Notes: generated by a model from the sequence alone, not told the origin. Positions 51,253 through 60,982 are shown, counted from the first letter of the stretch. The stretch is 64,000 nt of DNA from an uncultured Dehalococcoidia bacterium (GCA_958295865.1 CATQHF010000004.1:441506-505505); one strand, 5' to 3'. Made by a program: numbers and translations.

Positions 51253-52095
51253 TTAGTCTTTGCGGGCGATGGCGCGGCAGCCGGCGGTTGCGGCGAATGC
51301 GCCGGGCTGGGCTGCCCATTCGCGCATCTCGGCGCACATGGCGTCGAGCGTGGCGCGGTCAACCATGCCTTCTTCGATTATCCTGTCGAAGAGGGGCAGG
51401 TTTTCTATCCACTCTGCCCAGCCGCCGACCATGTTGTCAACGGCTTCGGGGGTGTGCGCGCTGCCGAATGCGGGGAAGAGGTCGACGACGGTCAAGCCTG
51501 CGTCGCGCAGCATGCCGCCGAGGTGCTTGCCGCCGTTCATCGTGCCGCCCTGAAGATGGAAGCCGCGCTCGAATAGGTCGAAGAAACGGGTGAGCGCATC
51601 GCAGGGGGGCGATACGAGCGTGGCGCTCCAGTCTGTGCGAGTTATGCCCACGATGCCGCCGGGCTTGACGACGCGGCCGAGTTCGCTCATCGCCTTGACA
51701 GGCTCGCTGAGGTGTTCGGTGACGGCGCAGGAAACCACGGCGTCGAAGGTGTTGTCCTCGAAGGGCAGGTCTAGGATGTTGCCGACCTGGAAGCTGAGGT
51801 TGGGCAGATCCGCGTCCTCGGCGAGGGCGGCGGCGCGGGCGACCATGCCGGGTTCCAGGTCGCAGCCGATGACATTGCCCGGGGCGACGGCGCGCGCGAT
51901 GCCCTGGGTTATCGTGCCGGGTCCGCAGCCGCAGTCGAGCACGCTCATGCCCGGCGTGAGGCGCTCCATAAAGAACGAGACGACGCTCGGCGCTGCCCGT
52001 TGAGCGTATTGTTCCTGAATGGCATCCACATGGTAGCCGTAGAATGGTTTGTCGTTGTGCATCGGCATGGGCGATGCGTTTGTGGTGTCTGGCAT
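51253..52095 (-). CDS. Class I SAM-dependent methyltransferase
   Basis: VLDCGCGPGTIT (motif I), GCDLEP and AVVSCAVTEHL. Confidence 0.9.
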   Translation of the reverse strand: MPDTTNASPMPMHNDKPFYGYHVDAIQEQYAQRAAPSVVSFFMERLTPGMSVLDCGCGPGTITQGIARAVAPGNVIGCDLEPGMVARAAALAEDADLPNLSFQVGNILDLPFEDNTFDAVVSCAVTEHLSEPVKAMSELGRVVKPGGIVGITRTDWSATLVSPPCDALTRFFDLFERGFHLQGGTMNGGKHLGGMLRDAGLTVVDLFPAFGSAHTPEAVDNMVGGWAEWIENLPLFDRIIEEGMVDRATLDAMCAEMREWAAQPGAFAATAGCRAIARKD

Positions 52096-52259
52096 TTTCG
52101 CTCCTTGTGTTAGTCGTATGTCGGTTAGTCAGTCGAGTGTAGGGAACGAGACTGACGTTCATGGGCGGTATGGAAGGTATTCTTGCCCTCACCCTTTCGG
52201 CAAAAGCTCGGGGCAGGCTCCAGCCCTCTGGGAGAGGGCTGGAGGATTTTGGAGCCGGA

Positions 52260-53114
52260 CTATATCAGGCTGTATCCGCTGCCTTCGCGGCCGGAGGGGG
52301 TGCCTGTGCCTTTGGCTTCGTCTATCCAGCCGTATTCCTTGAGTATCTGCTGGCTGTATGTGACGCGGCCGGTGACATTGTCGAGCGATTCGGATGCGAG
52401 CAGCAGGGCTGCCTTTGCCATAAGCTCAGGGTGTTCGCCGCGCGGGTCGTCTATGCCGCTGACGAGATTGTGGAAGACGGTGCCGGGCGTGGGCACGACG
52501 AGCGAGGGCGATACTGCGGATACCGCGATGTTGTACTGATAGACTTCCTGCGCCAAGCCTTGCGTGAAGCGTTCCAGCGCGGCTTTCTCCGCGCCGTAGC
52601 AGGTGCCGCCGCTGTTGGGTGGCACATCGAAGTATGGGCCGCGCCCGGGGCCGATGGCTGCGCCTGAGGATATGTTGACGATGCTGCCGCCGTTCCCGGG
52701 TATCATGTCCTCAAGGACGAGCTGGCTCAGGATGAAGGGGGCGTGGAAGTTGACCGCCCAAGAGCGCATCCAGCGGTTGAGCGGGTAGTCCTTGACGGGG
52801 ATGAAGTATGTGAGTGCGGCGTTGTTGACTAGCACATCGACGGGGCCGTAGGCGTCGCGCGCCGCCTGCACGAGCGCCTCGCAGTCTTCGGGCAGGGATA
52901 TGTTGGCGGCGACGGCGGTCGCCTCGCCACCGGCGTCGCGTATCTCCTGGATGGTGGTGTTGAGCGAGCCTTCGAGTGGGTGCGTACCCTCCTCGACGGT
53001 GCGCGCGGCGCAGATGACCTTGCCGCCCTCGGCGGCGAAGAGCACGGCGATGTCCTTGCCGATGCCGCGGCTCGCGCCGGTTACGATAACTACCTTGTCG
53101 TCAAGTCTGCCCAT
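52260..53114 (-). CDS. SDR family oxidoreductase
   Basis: VIVTGASRGIGKDIA, NNAA and YGAEKAAL. Confidence 0.9.
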   Translation of the reverse strand: MGRLDDKVVIVTGASRGIGKDIAVLFAAEGGKVICAARTVEEGTHPLEGSLNTTIQEIRDAGGEATAVAANISLPEDCEALVQAARDAYGPVDVLVNNAALTYFIPVKDYPLNRWMRSWAVNFHAPFILSQLVLEDMIPGNGGSIVNISSGAAIGPGRGPYFDVPPNSGGTCYGAEKAALERFTQGLAQEVYQYNIAVSAVSPSLVVPTPGTVFHNLVSGIDDPRGEHPELMAKAALLLASESLDNVTGRVTYSQQILKEYGWIDEAKGTGTPSGREGSGYSLI

Positions 53115-53163
53115 GTGAAGCCTCCGGGATTTAGTTTTTCAGGTGGTCGGTATTGTCGGTGTT

Positions 53164-53424
53164 TCAGCGCGCGGGCTGCTTCAGCAAAGCGGTCGTCAAG
53201 CCTTGCACTTCCAAGCGGGTGAGGTCGGCGAGTTTGCTGCTGTCGGTAATCTCGATGCCGACTACGCCGTTGTCCTTGTCGTAGTCGAGGACGATGCCGG
53301 GAACGACCTCTTCGGATTCGACGCTTGGGCGTGAGCGCAGCCCGATGTAAAGCATATCGCTGGCGCGGTCGTATTGTATTTCCATGTCAAGTTTCCTAAT
53401 TGTTCGGACGAAAACGACGGTCAA
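53164..53424 (-). CDS. DUF2283 domain protein (putative antitoxin)
   Basis: MEIQYDRASDMLYIGL...GIVLDYDKDNGVVGIEITDSSKL is the DUF2283 pattern. The ATG at 53424 overlaps the upstream stop by 4 bp (ATGA). An alternative start is ATG 53385 (MEIQYD). Confidence 0.75.
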   Translation of the reverse strand: MTVVFVRTIRKLDMEIQYDRASDMLYIGLRSRPSVESEEVVPGIVLDYDKDNGVVGIEITDSSKLADLTRLEVQGLTTALLKQPAR

Positions 53425-53633
53425 AAAAATGCGTTGTGTACCGTTTCTCCGTCCGGTTCTGTGATGACTCGCAGATAACGATTTCGCTCGCCAATGAAGC
53501 CCCAGCGTCGGATGCGTCCATTATCTTCTGTCTGAACCTGTACAGGATTGTCCAACACAGACTGAATCCAGTCCATTCTCAATTCGGGACGGCGAACTAA
53601 AACTCTGTGCTCAAAATACCAAGTGGTTTTCAT
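53421..53633 (-). CDS. DUF4258 domain protein (putative toxin)
   Basis: 70 aa with the DUF4258-like pattern FEHRVLVRRPELRMDWIQSVLDNP...RYLRVITEPDGETVHNAFF. Confidence 0.75.
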   Translation of the reverse strand: MKTTWYFEHRVLVRRPELRMDWIQSVLDNPVQVQTEDNGRIRRWGFIGERNRYLRVITEPDGETVHNAFF

Positions 53634-53676
53634 TACTCCAAGCGTTCCAACCTTGCATCAATTTAATCCTGATTAT

Positions 53677-54051
53677 CTACGCCAGGATTGTTACATTGCG
53701 CTTCCACAGTGTTTCGGCTTCGGAAGGAATGTAGTATTCCAACGGATTGCCTTTTGGTATCTTTCTCAAGTTGATGATGCGGAAGTCGAACAGCGGTACT
53801 TTCTGCAAGTCGATTGCCTCGCCTACGGCATGGATTATGGGATCCTCAGATCTGTAATCCGCGTCGGGCGGGTCGGCTATCACCCATGCCGTCACGCCAT
53901 GCACCTCGTAGGTGAAGCGGACTTCTTGGACGATTTCCGTCTCGCGCAGGCGTTCCGCGAAGAAGCGGCATACGCGGTCGGCTTCGGCGCGCAGCCACAT
54001 GGGATCAGCGGTCTGTATGCTGTACTTGTCGGGCGACTTTTGTTGTGTCAT
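53677..54051 (-). CDS. Hypothetical protein (124 aa), same strand, 43 bp upstream of the DUF4258 gene
   Basis: Normal amino-acid composition. I recognise no family. Confidence 0.5.
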   Translation of the reverse strand: MTQQKSPDKYSIQTADPMWLRAEADRVCRFFAERLRETEIVQEVRFTYEVHGVTAWVIADPPDADYRSEDPIIHAVGEAIDLQKVPLFDFRIINLRKIPKGNPLEYYIPSEAETLWKRNVTILA

Positions 54052-54106
54052 GAAGCCCTAACCCTCTCTCAAAGGGAGATGGGACTTGTTCGCTTAGTTG
54101 GCTGGG

Positions 54107-54225
54107 TTTTGTGAACAATTGCGTCATTCCCGTGAAAACGGGAATCCAGAACATCGGAATGTAGTCACTTTCGCATATTTTAGGCTATCTCAAATCACCG
54201 GATTCCTGCTTTCGCAGGAATGACG
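54107..54225 (+). mobile_element. MITE family B copy (B3), termini degenerate
   Basis: GTTTTGTGAACAATTGCGTCATTCCCGTGAAAACGGGAATCCAGAACATCGGAATGTAGTC...GGATTCCTGCTTTCGCAGGAATGACG. It is bracketed by an imperfect direct repeat of about 22-30 bp, TCAAAGGGAGATG(G/A)GA(C/T)TTGTT (54069... and 54236...). Confidence 0.65.
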
Positions 54226-54265
54226 AGATTAAAGGTCAAAGGGAGATGAGATTTGTTTTTGCTTG

Positions 54266-54979
54266 CTAGACGCCGAGCTTGGTTGCTAGGTCGTTGAAGT
54301 CGGTGGCGTAGATGTCGAGCCAGTCTTCGTTGGTGGCGTCGACTTCGACATCGGGGCCGTGCTCGCCGGGGCGCGGGACGAAGGCGGTCTTTAGGCCTGC
54401 TTCTTGCGCGGATTTGAGGTCGAACTTGTGGGCCGCGACCATCATGACCTGCTCGTTGGGCAAGCCTAGCAACGCCGCCGCGCCCTGATAGACTTTCGGG
54501 TCGCGCTTGTAGCGCTTGAAGAGCTCGGCGGAGAGGATGCAGTCCCAGGGCAGCCCGCCCCACTTCGCCATGTTGGTGAGCAGCGCGACATTGCCGTTGG
54601 AGAGCGTGGCGATGACATAGCCTTGCTTCAGGCGCGTCAGGCCGGGCGCGGAGTCTGGCCATGGGTCGAGGCGATGCCACGCCTTGTTGAAGTCTTGCTT
54701 CTCGTCCTCGGACAGCCCGGCGATGCCGAACTCGTCGAGCAGTTCGTCAAGGATCATGCGGTGCAGAGCGTCGATGTTCGTCCAGGGCAGATCGCCGCTG
54801 CGGACGCGCTCCATAGAGGGGCCGTAGCCGCCGCGCCACCTGTCGGCAAAGACGGGCCAGTCCACATCCAGCCCCTTTGCCTTGGCGAGCTTCTCGCCCT
54901 CGCGAATGATGCTGCTGCGCCAGTCCACGACGGTGCCGAATACGTCGAATGTGAGCGCCTTGACCTGTGATATGTCCAT
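54266..54979 (-). CDS. Haloacid dehalogenase type II (HAD superfamily)
   Basis: LTFDVFGTVVDW (nucleophile Asp motif), ATLSNGN and a C-terminal Asp motif region. Confidence 0.88.
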   Translation of the reverse strand: MDISQVKALTFDVFGTVVDWRSSIIREGEKLAKAKGLDVDWPVFADRWRGGYGPSMERVRSGDLPWTNIDALHRMILDELLDEFGIAGLSEDEKQDFNKAWHRLDPWPDSAPGLTRLKQGYVIATLSNGNVALLTNMAKWGGLPWDCILSAELFKRYKRDPKVYQGAAALLGLPNEQVMMVAAHKFDLKSAQEAGLKTAFVPRPGEHGPDVEVDATNEDWLDIYATDFNDLATKLGV

Positions 54980-55177
54980 GTCGTATTACCTCCATCGGAT
55001 AGTATCCAAATGTTACGGGGATGCTTGTGCGCTGTCAAACCAGAGGCTGACATTCAGGGACAAGATGAGGGAAGGGATTTTAGCGAGTTGATTCAAGAAT
55101 TGGTGGACGGATGATTGGGGTGTTGGATACACTGGTTGTTGACTTTAGCAGGAATATGACACAGGCGGGGCGAAAAT

Positions 55178-55900
55178 ATGGATATGGTGGACAAGGATTT
55201 TTGTCGGGGGATGGTGGTGGTGGCGCACGCGGACGATGCGGAGTTCGGGTGTTCGGGGACGGTGGCGAAGATGTGCGCGGAGGGGTGGGAGATGGTGTAT
55301 GTGATGTGCACGGACGGCAGCAAGGGCAGCAGCGACCGCGAGATAACGCAACAGGAGCTTGCGAGCATGCGGCGCGCCGAGCAGCAGAACGCGGGCAAGG
55401 CGCTGGGCTTGAAGGATGTGGTGTTCTTGGACTATGAGGACAGCATGCTCGAGCCGACGCTGGAGCTTCGCAAGGATATAGCGCGCGAGATACGGCGATA
55501 TAAGCCGGATGTGGTAATCACGATGTATCCGATGCGTAGTCTGAACGGCGGCTGGGGGGTGGGACATCCCGACCACATGGCGGCGGGCGAGGCGACGCTG
55601 CAAGCGGTGTTTCCCACCGCGCGCGACCACATGACCTTCCCGGAGCTGCTGGAAGCGGGCTTCGAGCCGCACAAGGTCGCAGAAGTGTGGATTATGGGGC
55701 ATCCGGAGCCGGACCTGTACATAGATGTTACGCAGCACATGGACACATCGGTTGCGGCGCTGATGGAGCATAAGTCGCAGATGGGCGGGCGCGATGAGGC
55801 GTGGGCGCACGAGCGGATGCGCGAATGGCGCAGGGAGCGCGCCATCGGCAAGGGGATGCAGTACGCGGAGGCGTTCAAGCGGATTGAGTTTCGGCGCTAG
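55178..55900 (+). CDS. PIG-L/LmbE family deacetylase
   Basis: VVVAHADDAEFGCSGT and HPDHMAAGEA motifs. Confidence 0.9.
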   Translation: MDMVDKDFCRGMVVVAHADDAEFGCSGTVAKMCAEGWEMVYVMCTDGSKGSSDREITQQELASMRRAEQQNAGKALGLKDVVFLDYEDSMLEPTLELRKDIAREIRRYKPDVVITMYPMRSLNGGWGVGHPDHMAAGEATLQAVFPTARDHMTFPELLEAGFEPHKVAEVWIMGHPEPDLYIDVTQHMDTSVAALMEHKSQMGGRDEAWAHERMREWRRERAIGKGMQYAEAFKRIEFRR

Positions 55901-55948
55901 GGGCTTTATTCTGCGTCAAGGGCTGTCCTGATGGCAGCGGCGGCGTGC

Positions 55949-58714
55949 CTATGTGCCGCAGGCGTCGCCCCGAAAGTCGGCAATGGATTGCGCCCATGCT
56001 TGGAATGCGGCATCGACGGGCGCGCAAAGCCCCGCATTGTTGTCAAAGTAGAAATGCTCCAGCAGTGTCAGGTTCGTCAGGCTCTGCGGAAGTTCGCCGG
56101 TCAGTTGGTTATGACTGATATTGACCCATTCCAGAAAAGTCAAGTCGACGAACTCCGACGGTATAGTTCCGGTCAGGTTGTCGCCTTCGAGGTTTATTCT
56201 GCTGACGCTGCCGTTGTCGTCGGTGGTTATGCCGTGCCATTCGGACAGCGGGGCATCGCTCAGCCAATTTATGCTATCCGTCCAGTTCGCGCCGCCCGTA
56301 GCGTCGTAGAGCGCTTTCAGCGCCTCCCTGTCGGGGCTTGCGGGTGGCAGCACGACTATGCCGCTTACGGTTAGCGTGAAGTCGCCCTCCACGCCGCTGT
56401 CGTAGGTGGTCGCTTCTATGGTGTATTCGCCGGGGGCGAGGGTTGCCTCTATGAGCGAGTTCGTGCCAAAGCCGATGAAGTCGCCGCTCTCGTACAGCGC
56501 TTCGCCGTCTTTGCCCGCGCCGCTCATCAGGTAGAGGTATGTGTTGATTTCCGATGTCAGCATTATGGTTACATCGGCAGGCTCGCTCAGCGTGAAGGTG
56601 TAGAAACGGGCGTAGTAGGCGCTGCCGTCGGGGCTATTCTCGGATACGCAGTCGCTTTCGCTTGTCCAAGAGGCGCTGAAGGCGGCGGCGGCGGTGATCC
56701 GCTGAATGCACTCGTCGGGATCGATCCTAGTCTCGATTGTAATCTCGGACAGAGTTACCGTATGGTCGCTCACATCCGGATCGTAGGCAGCGCAGTTGCC
56801 AGCCGCGTCGCAGGCGATGAAGGTTACAAAGCGCTTGCCGTTCGCTGGCAGGAATACCGTCGTCTCGACATCGAGTCCGTGGTCGATCTTCTCGAAATCG
56901 TTGTCATCAACGATTTCCCGTATTTCGGTTGTCGCGCCGTCCCGGCAGGCGATTTCCGATTCCGCGTGCAAGTCTTTTATGAGGAAGTAGTCGTCGTTCC
57001 AGACGGGTTCACCGTTCGTCTCATACCTGATTGGCGTCTGGCACTGCTCGTCGCTTATGAGGGCGACCACCGCGATGTATTCATCGTCGCCGTCATTCGG
57101 CAGGTCTTCGGGGATGGGAAAACCCGACCTGCCATCGGTTACGGTGAAGTAGTAGTCCACATAGCCGTCATCGACCGTCTCTCCGTGCTCGGGCCTGAAA
57201 TTGAAAAAGTTCGGCGCTTCGTTATCGATACGAACGACGCCGCGCACTAAGCCGAAGTCAATCGTTATCAAATCGTTTTCGTCAACCTTTAGACGTGGCA
57301 CGCCGCCGTCGGCAGGGTGTTTGTACAAGGGGGCAATCTCATCGGCGTTGTCGCTGCCGACTATCGTCTCCACCATGTCGCCCTCACCTGAGACGGGCAT
57401 CACCGCCGTGATAAAGAGATTCTCTTGATAATTGCTTCTGTAAGCCTCCAGCTTCAGTATGTCATCGGAACCGTCCGCTTCGACGATTATAATGACGCAT
57501 TGGTTGCCATTGCCGCAATTTGGGTCGGGCGACACACTTGTTGCCTCGATGCGAAGCACAGTTCCCCAGTTCGCCCACGATGTAGCCACAAAGTTCACGG
57601 GAGCCGCGCCTGTGGTTGCGGGCAGGTCTTCGGGGCGCTCCGGCACTGCCGTCTGACCGGCTGCGGTGGTCTTCACATCTGCCAGCGCCATGTTCGGGTC
57701 GCCCGCGACATACCCGGGCACGGGGTTCGCTTTTTGCGTACTCATCGTGGTGACGGAGTCGTTTATATCATCTGTAACGGTTATCGTCACATTCAAAGAT
57801 GCGTCAGGCGTATGGGCGTCGCTGTCGCTGGCGATAACGGTTACTTCGCAACCGGCGCGCGGGCATGGAGCGCTGCTCTCGTAGTCGAGGGATTCCAGCG
57901 TTGCCAAGTCGCCGGTCGCCTTGTCTATCGTGAACGACTTTGCGTCCGCGCCGCGCAGAGCGTATGAAACGATGACATCGTTGGAGGCGGTCGCGGAGTA
58001 GGAAGCGATGATTGTGCTTCGCGGCGAATTTTCCGCAACGGATACTTCTGCGGGTCCGTGAAGCACAGGCGCTTCTGCGGGGCCGGCACAATTCGGGCCG
58101 ACAAAGTAGATGTCGGCGAGCCATGCGCGAAACGCCTCGTCGAGTGGCGCGCAAAGCCCCGCGTTGCCATCAAAGGCTAACAGCCATATATCTTCTAGCG
58201 TCGTAAGGCTAGGCGGGAGTGTTCCCGTCAACCTGTTGTTGTTGATAAACAGCGCTCGCAGGTTGGATGGGTTGCCCAACTCCGATGGCATGCTGCCACT
58301 CAACAGATTGTAACCGAGATTCAAAGACCGCAAGTTGGATAGGCTGCCCAACTTAGGCGGTATGCCGCCTGTCAGCCGGTTGCCGCTGAGATCCAAAGAC
58401 CGCAAGTTGGATAGGTCGCTCAACTTCGGCGGTATGCTGCCTCTCAAATCTCGACCGACGAGGCGCAGACTTGTTACGCGCCCGGCGGAATCTATGGAGA
58501 CGCCGGTCCAGTCAATCAGGGGAAGTTCCGCATCCCAGTTCAGCCGCGCGTCGCCGCTGCCGACGAGGGTGTCTTTTACCGCCAGAAGCGTTTGGCAATC
58601 GGCGGGGCACTGTGCGGGGGTGGGGGCGCCATGCGCGCTTGCTAATTCGCCGCTCAATAGCAGGGTGAGCGCCAGTATCGCCAATATCGCGACGGCGTAC
58701 TTGGTTTTTATCAT
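55949..58714 (-). CDS. Secreted 921-aa protein: plant-type LRR blocks at both termini, cadherin-like repeat, PPC-like domain
   Basis: Signal peptide. An N-terminal cap (LLAVKDTL...LNWD...DWTGVSID..GRVTSLRL) plus 24-residue LRRs (LSGNRLTGGIPPKLGSLSNLRSLNL). A similar block lies at the C-terminus (LKALYDATGGANW...WHGITTDDNGSVSRINLEGDNLTGTIP). SVAENSPRSTIIASY...FTIDKATGDL is cadherin-like. FYTFTLSEPADVTIMLTS...GEYTIEATTY is PPC-like. Confidence 0.85.
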   Translation of the reverse strand: MIKTKYAVAILAILALTLLLSGELASAHGAPTPAQCPADCQTLLAVKDTLVGSGDARLNWDAELPLIDWTGVSIDSAGRVTSLRLVGRDLRGSIPPKLSDLSNLRSLDLSGNRLTGGIPPKLGSLSNLRSLNLGYNLLSGSMPSELGNPSNLRALFINNNRLTGTLPPSLTTLEDIWLLAFDGNAGLCAPLDEAFRAWLADIYFVGPNCAGPAEAPVLHGPAEVSVAENSPRSTIIASYSATASNDVIVSYALRGADAKSFTIDKATGDLATLESLDYESSAPCPRAGCEVTVIASDSDAHTPDASLNVTITVTDDINDSVTTMSTQKANPVPGYVAGDPNMALADVKTTAAGQTAVPERPEDLPATTGAAPVNFVATSWANWGTVLRIEATSVSPDPNCGNGNQCVIIIVEADGSDDILKLEAYRSNYQENLFITAVMPVSGEGDMVETIVGSDNADEIAPLYKHPADGGVPRLKVDENDLITIDFGLVRGVVRIDNEAPNFFNFRPEHGETVDDGYVDYYFTVTDGRSGFPIPEDLPNDGDDEYIAVVALISDEQCQTPIRYETNGEPVWNDDYFLIKDLHAESEIACRDGATTEIREIVDDNDFEKIDHGLDVETTVFLPANGKRFVTFIACDAAGNCAAYDPDVSDHTVTLSEITIETRIDPDECIQRITAAAAFSASWTSESDCVSENSPDGSAYYARFYTFTLSEPADVTIMLTSEINTYLYLMSGAGKDGEALYESGDFIGFGTNSLIEATLAPGEYTIEATTYDSGVEGDFTLTVSGIVVLPPASPDREALKALYDATGGANWTDSINWLSDAPLSEWHGITTDDNGSVSRINLEGDNLTGTIPSEFVDLTFLEWVNISHNQLTGELPQSLTNLTLLEHFYFDNNAGLCAPVDAAFQAWAQSIADFRGDACGT

Positions 58715-58843
58715 TGGGTTAGTCCTTGTGCGTCAATGTAGGGGATGTCAGGATTATAGCATTGCGCGGGGGGCGGCTGTGCGTTCTTGTTTGCTGTGTG
58801 TTGTATGATGTTGGGGGGAAAGCGAAAGGAGCGCGTAGGCGGG

Positions 58844-59827
58844 ATGTTCAAGCGTGGCAGCGTTGGAGTCGGTATTCTGGTCGTCCTGGTGCTTGTCGGG
58901 ACGGGCGGATATATGCTGCTGGAGGGCTGGGACTGGCTGGATGCGCTGTATATGACGGTCATCACTTTCACGACTGTCGGCTTTCATGAGGTGCATCCAC
59001 TTTCGACGGCGGGGCGCGTGTTCACCATTTTCATGGCGATTGGCGGCGTGGCGGCGATGCTGTACTTCCTGACGGAGCTGATGCGGCGGATAGTCGAGGA
59101 GGAGGTGTTTTATGGATTTGTGCGGAGGCGCAGGATGAGAGGCACATTGTCAAGGATGCGGCATCACTATCTGCTGTGCGGGTTTGGGCGCGTGGGGAGG
59201 GAGGTTGCGCGGGCGTTCGCGGCTGAGGGCGCGGAGTTCATCGTGATTGACGCCAGTCTCGATGTCATCGAGGAGGTGCGGGAGCTGGGCTATCTTTGCA
59301 TACAGGGGAACGCCGCCGAGGATGATGTGCTGCGCGCGGCGGGGGTGGAGCATGCGCGAGGGCTGGTCGCGGCGACGGGCAACGACAGCGACAATGTGTA
59401 TATCACGCTGTCGGCGCGCGGGCTGAATGACGAGCTGCTGGTTGTGGCGCGGACGGCGGACATAGCCAACGCGGAGAAGCTCAAGCGCGCGGGCGCGGAT
59501 AAGGTGGTGTCGCCGATGGAGATTGGGGGCAGGCGCATCGCAATGTCGGCGGTGCGCCCGCTTGCGGTGGATTTCGTGGATTCCATGTTCGACCATGCGC
59601 CCGACGCGGAAGAGCGCTTGCGCTTCGCGGAGATTCCGATTGCGTGGGACGAGGGCATGACTGTGGGCGACCTGACGAATGATGTCAATGTGGAGGCGAT
59701 TGCGCTGGAGCGCGCTCAGGGCGATACGATAGCTACTCCGCATAGGGACAGCGTGCTGTATGCGGGCGACAGCCTGTTCGTGATTGGGGCGGTCGATGCG
59801 GTGGGCGCGCTCTTGGACGAGGGCTAG
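58844..59827 (+). CDS. 2-TM pore / RCK (TrkA-N plus TrkA-C) cation channel with non-canonical filter TVGFHE
   Basis: Pore helix and filter LDALYMTVITFTTVGFHEV, then the RCK Rossmann fold LLCGFGRVGREVA. The start is placed at ATG 58844 (MFKRGS). Confidence 0.85.
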   Translation: MFKRGSVGVGILVVLVLVGTGGYMLLEGWDWLDALYMTVITFTTVGFHEVHPLSTAGRVFTIFMAIGGVAAMLYFLTELMRRIVEEEVFYGFVRRRRMRGTLSRMRHHYLLCGFGRVGREVARAFAAEGAEFIVIDASLDVIEEVRELGYLCIQGNAAEDDVLRAAGVEHARGLVAATGNDSDNVYITLSARGLNDELLVVARTADIANAEKLKRAGADKVVSPMEIGGRRIAMSAVRPLAVDFVDSMFDHAPDAEERLRFAEIPIAWDEGMTVGDLTNDVNVEAIALERAQGDTIATPHRDSVLYAGDSLFVIGAVDAVGALLDEG

Positions 59828-59879
59828 GTTGGCAGGGATGACGACGGGAAGAAAAATTTGATTTGACAGGAGGCATAAG

Positions 59880-60977
59880 GTGAAGATTACGGATGCGACG
59901 ATGGAGATATATCGGTGGAAGCGGCCTGTGCCGATACGCAATGGGCGCTATACCTATCCGACGGTGGCGCTGAATCTGATTAAGTTGGAGACGGATGAGG
60001 GCATCACGGGCTACGGCTATATGGGCGGCGAGCATGTTACGGATGAGCTGACGATGGGCGTGTTCAGCAACATGAAGCAGTTCGTGGTAGGTCAGGACCC
60101 GTTCGACAATGAGCGGCTGTGGGATGAGATGTGGCAGCCGAAGCTGGTGGGCAGGCGGGGCGTGTCCACGCGCGCGATAAGCGGCATCGACATCGCGCTG
60201 TGGGACATCAAGGGCAAGGCGGCGAACCGCTCGGTGCATAAGCTGCTGGGCGCGTACACCGACCGCATTCCGGTCTATATCGCGGGCGGCTACTATGAGG
60301 AGGGCAAGGGGCTGCGCGAGCTGGCGGCGGAGATGGAGACGGCGGTGGAGCTGGGTTCGCGGGCGGTGAAGATGAAGATTGGCGGCGCGCCCATCAATGA
60401 GGATGTGGAGCGCATCCGCGCGGTGCGCGAGGCGGTGGGGCCTGATGTTAAGGTGCTGATGGACGCCAATTGCGCGTATCGCTATTACGAGGCTATTGAG
60501 CTTGCGCGCAAGGCGGAGCGCTACGATGTGTATTGGTTCGAGGAGCCGGTGAATCCGGACGATTATGAGGGGCATCGGCTCATCAGCCGCGCGACTTCCA
60601 TTCCGATAGCCACGGGCGAGAACGAATATACGCGCTACGGCTTCCGCGACCTGATTAACAATCGCTGCGCCGCCATCATACAGCCGGACGCGCTGATTAT
60701 GGGCGGCGTGACGGAGTTCGTGAAGGTGGCGGCGCTGGCGTCGGCGCACGACCTGCCGATAGCGCCGCACGGCAAGCAGGAGGTTCACATCCACCTGGCG
60801 GCGGCGATTCCCAACGGGCTGATACTGGAGTATTACTCGCAGGCGTTCGACCCGATGCATGGGAAGGTGTTCGAGGAGCCGCTGGAGGTTGCCGACGGGC
60901 ATGTGCTTGCGCCGGACAGGCCGGGGTTTGGGTTCACGCCGAACTTCGCCGCGCTCGCGCCGCACAGGGTGATGTGA
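59880..60977 (+). CDS. Enolase-superfamily enzyme (mandelate racemase/muconate lactonizing family)
   Basis: The metal-ligand series is present (VLMDANCAY, WFEEP, IIQPD). GTG start. Confidence 0.9.
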   Translation: MKITDATMEIYRWKRPVPIRNGRYTYPTVALNLIKLETDEGITGYGYMGGEHVTDELTMGVFSNMKQFVVGQDPFDNERLWDEMWQPKLVGRRGVSTRAISGIDIALWDIKGKAANRSVHKLLGAYTDRIPVYIAGGYYEEGKGLRELAAEMETAVELGSRAVKMKIGGAPINEDVERIRAVREAVGPDVKVLMDANCAYRYYEAIELARKAERYDVYWFEEPVNPDDYEGHRLISRATSIPIATGENEYTRYGFRDLINNRCAAIIQPDALIMGGVTEFVKVAALASAHDLPIAPHGKQEVHIHLAAAIPNGLILEYYSQAFDPMHGKVFEEPLEVADGHVLAPDRPGFGFTPNFAALAPHRVM

Positions 60978-60982
60978 GGGGG

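Noticed and set aside
59733-60965. 410-aa minus-strand ORF
   Set aside because: Arg/His-rich antisense of the enolase-superfamily gene, which has clear catalytic motifs.
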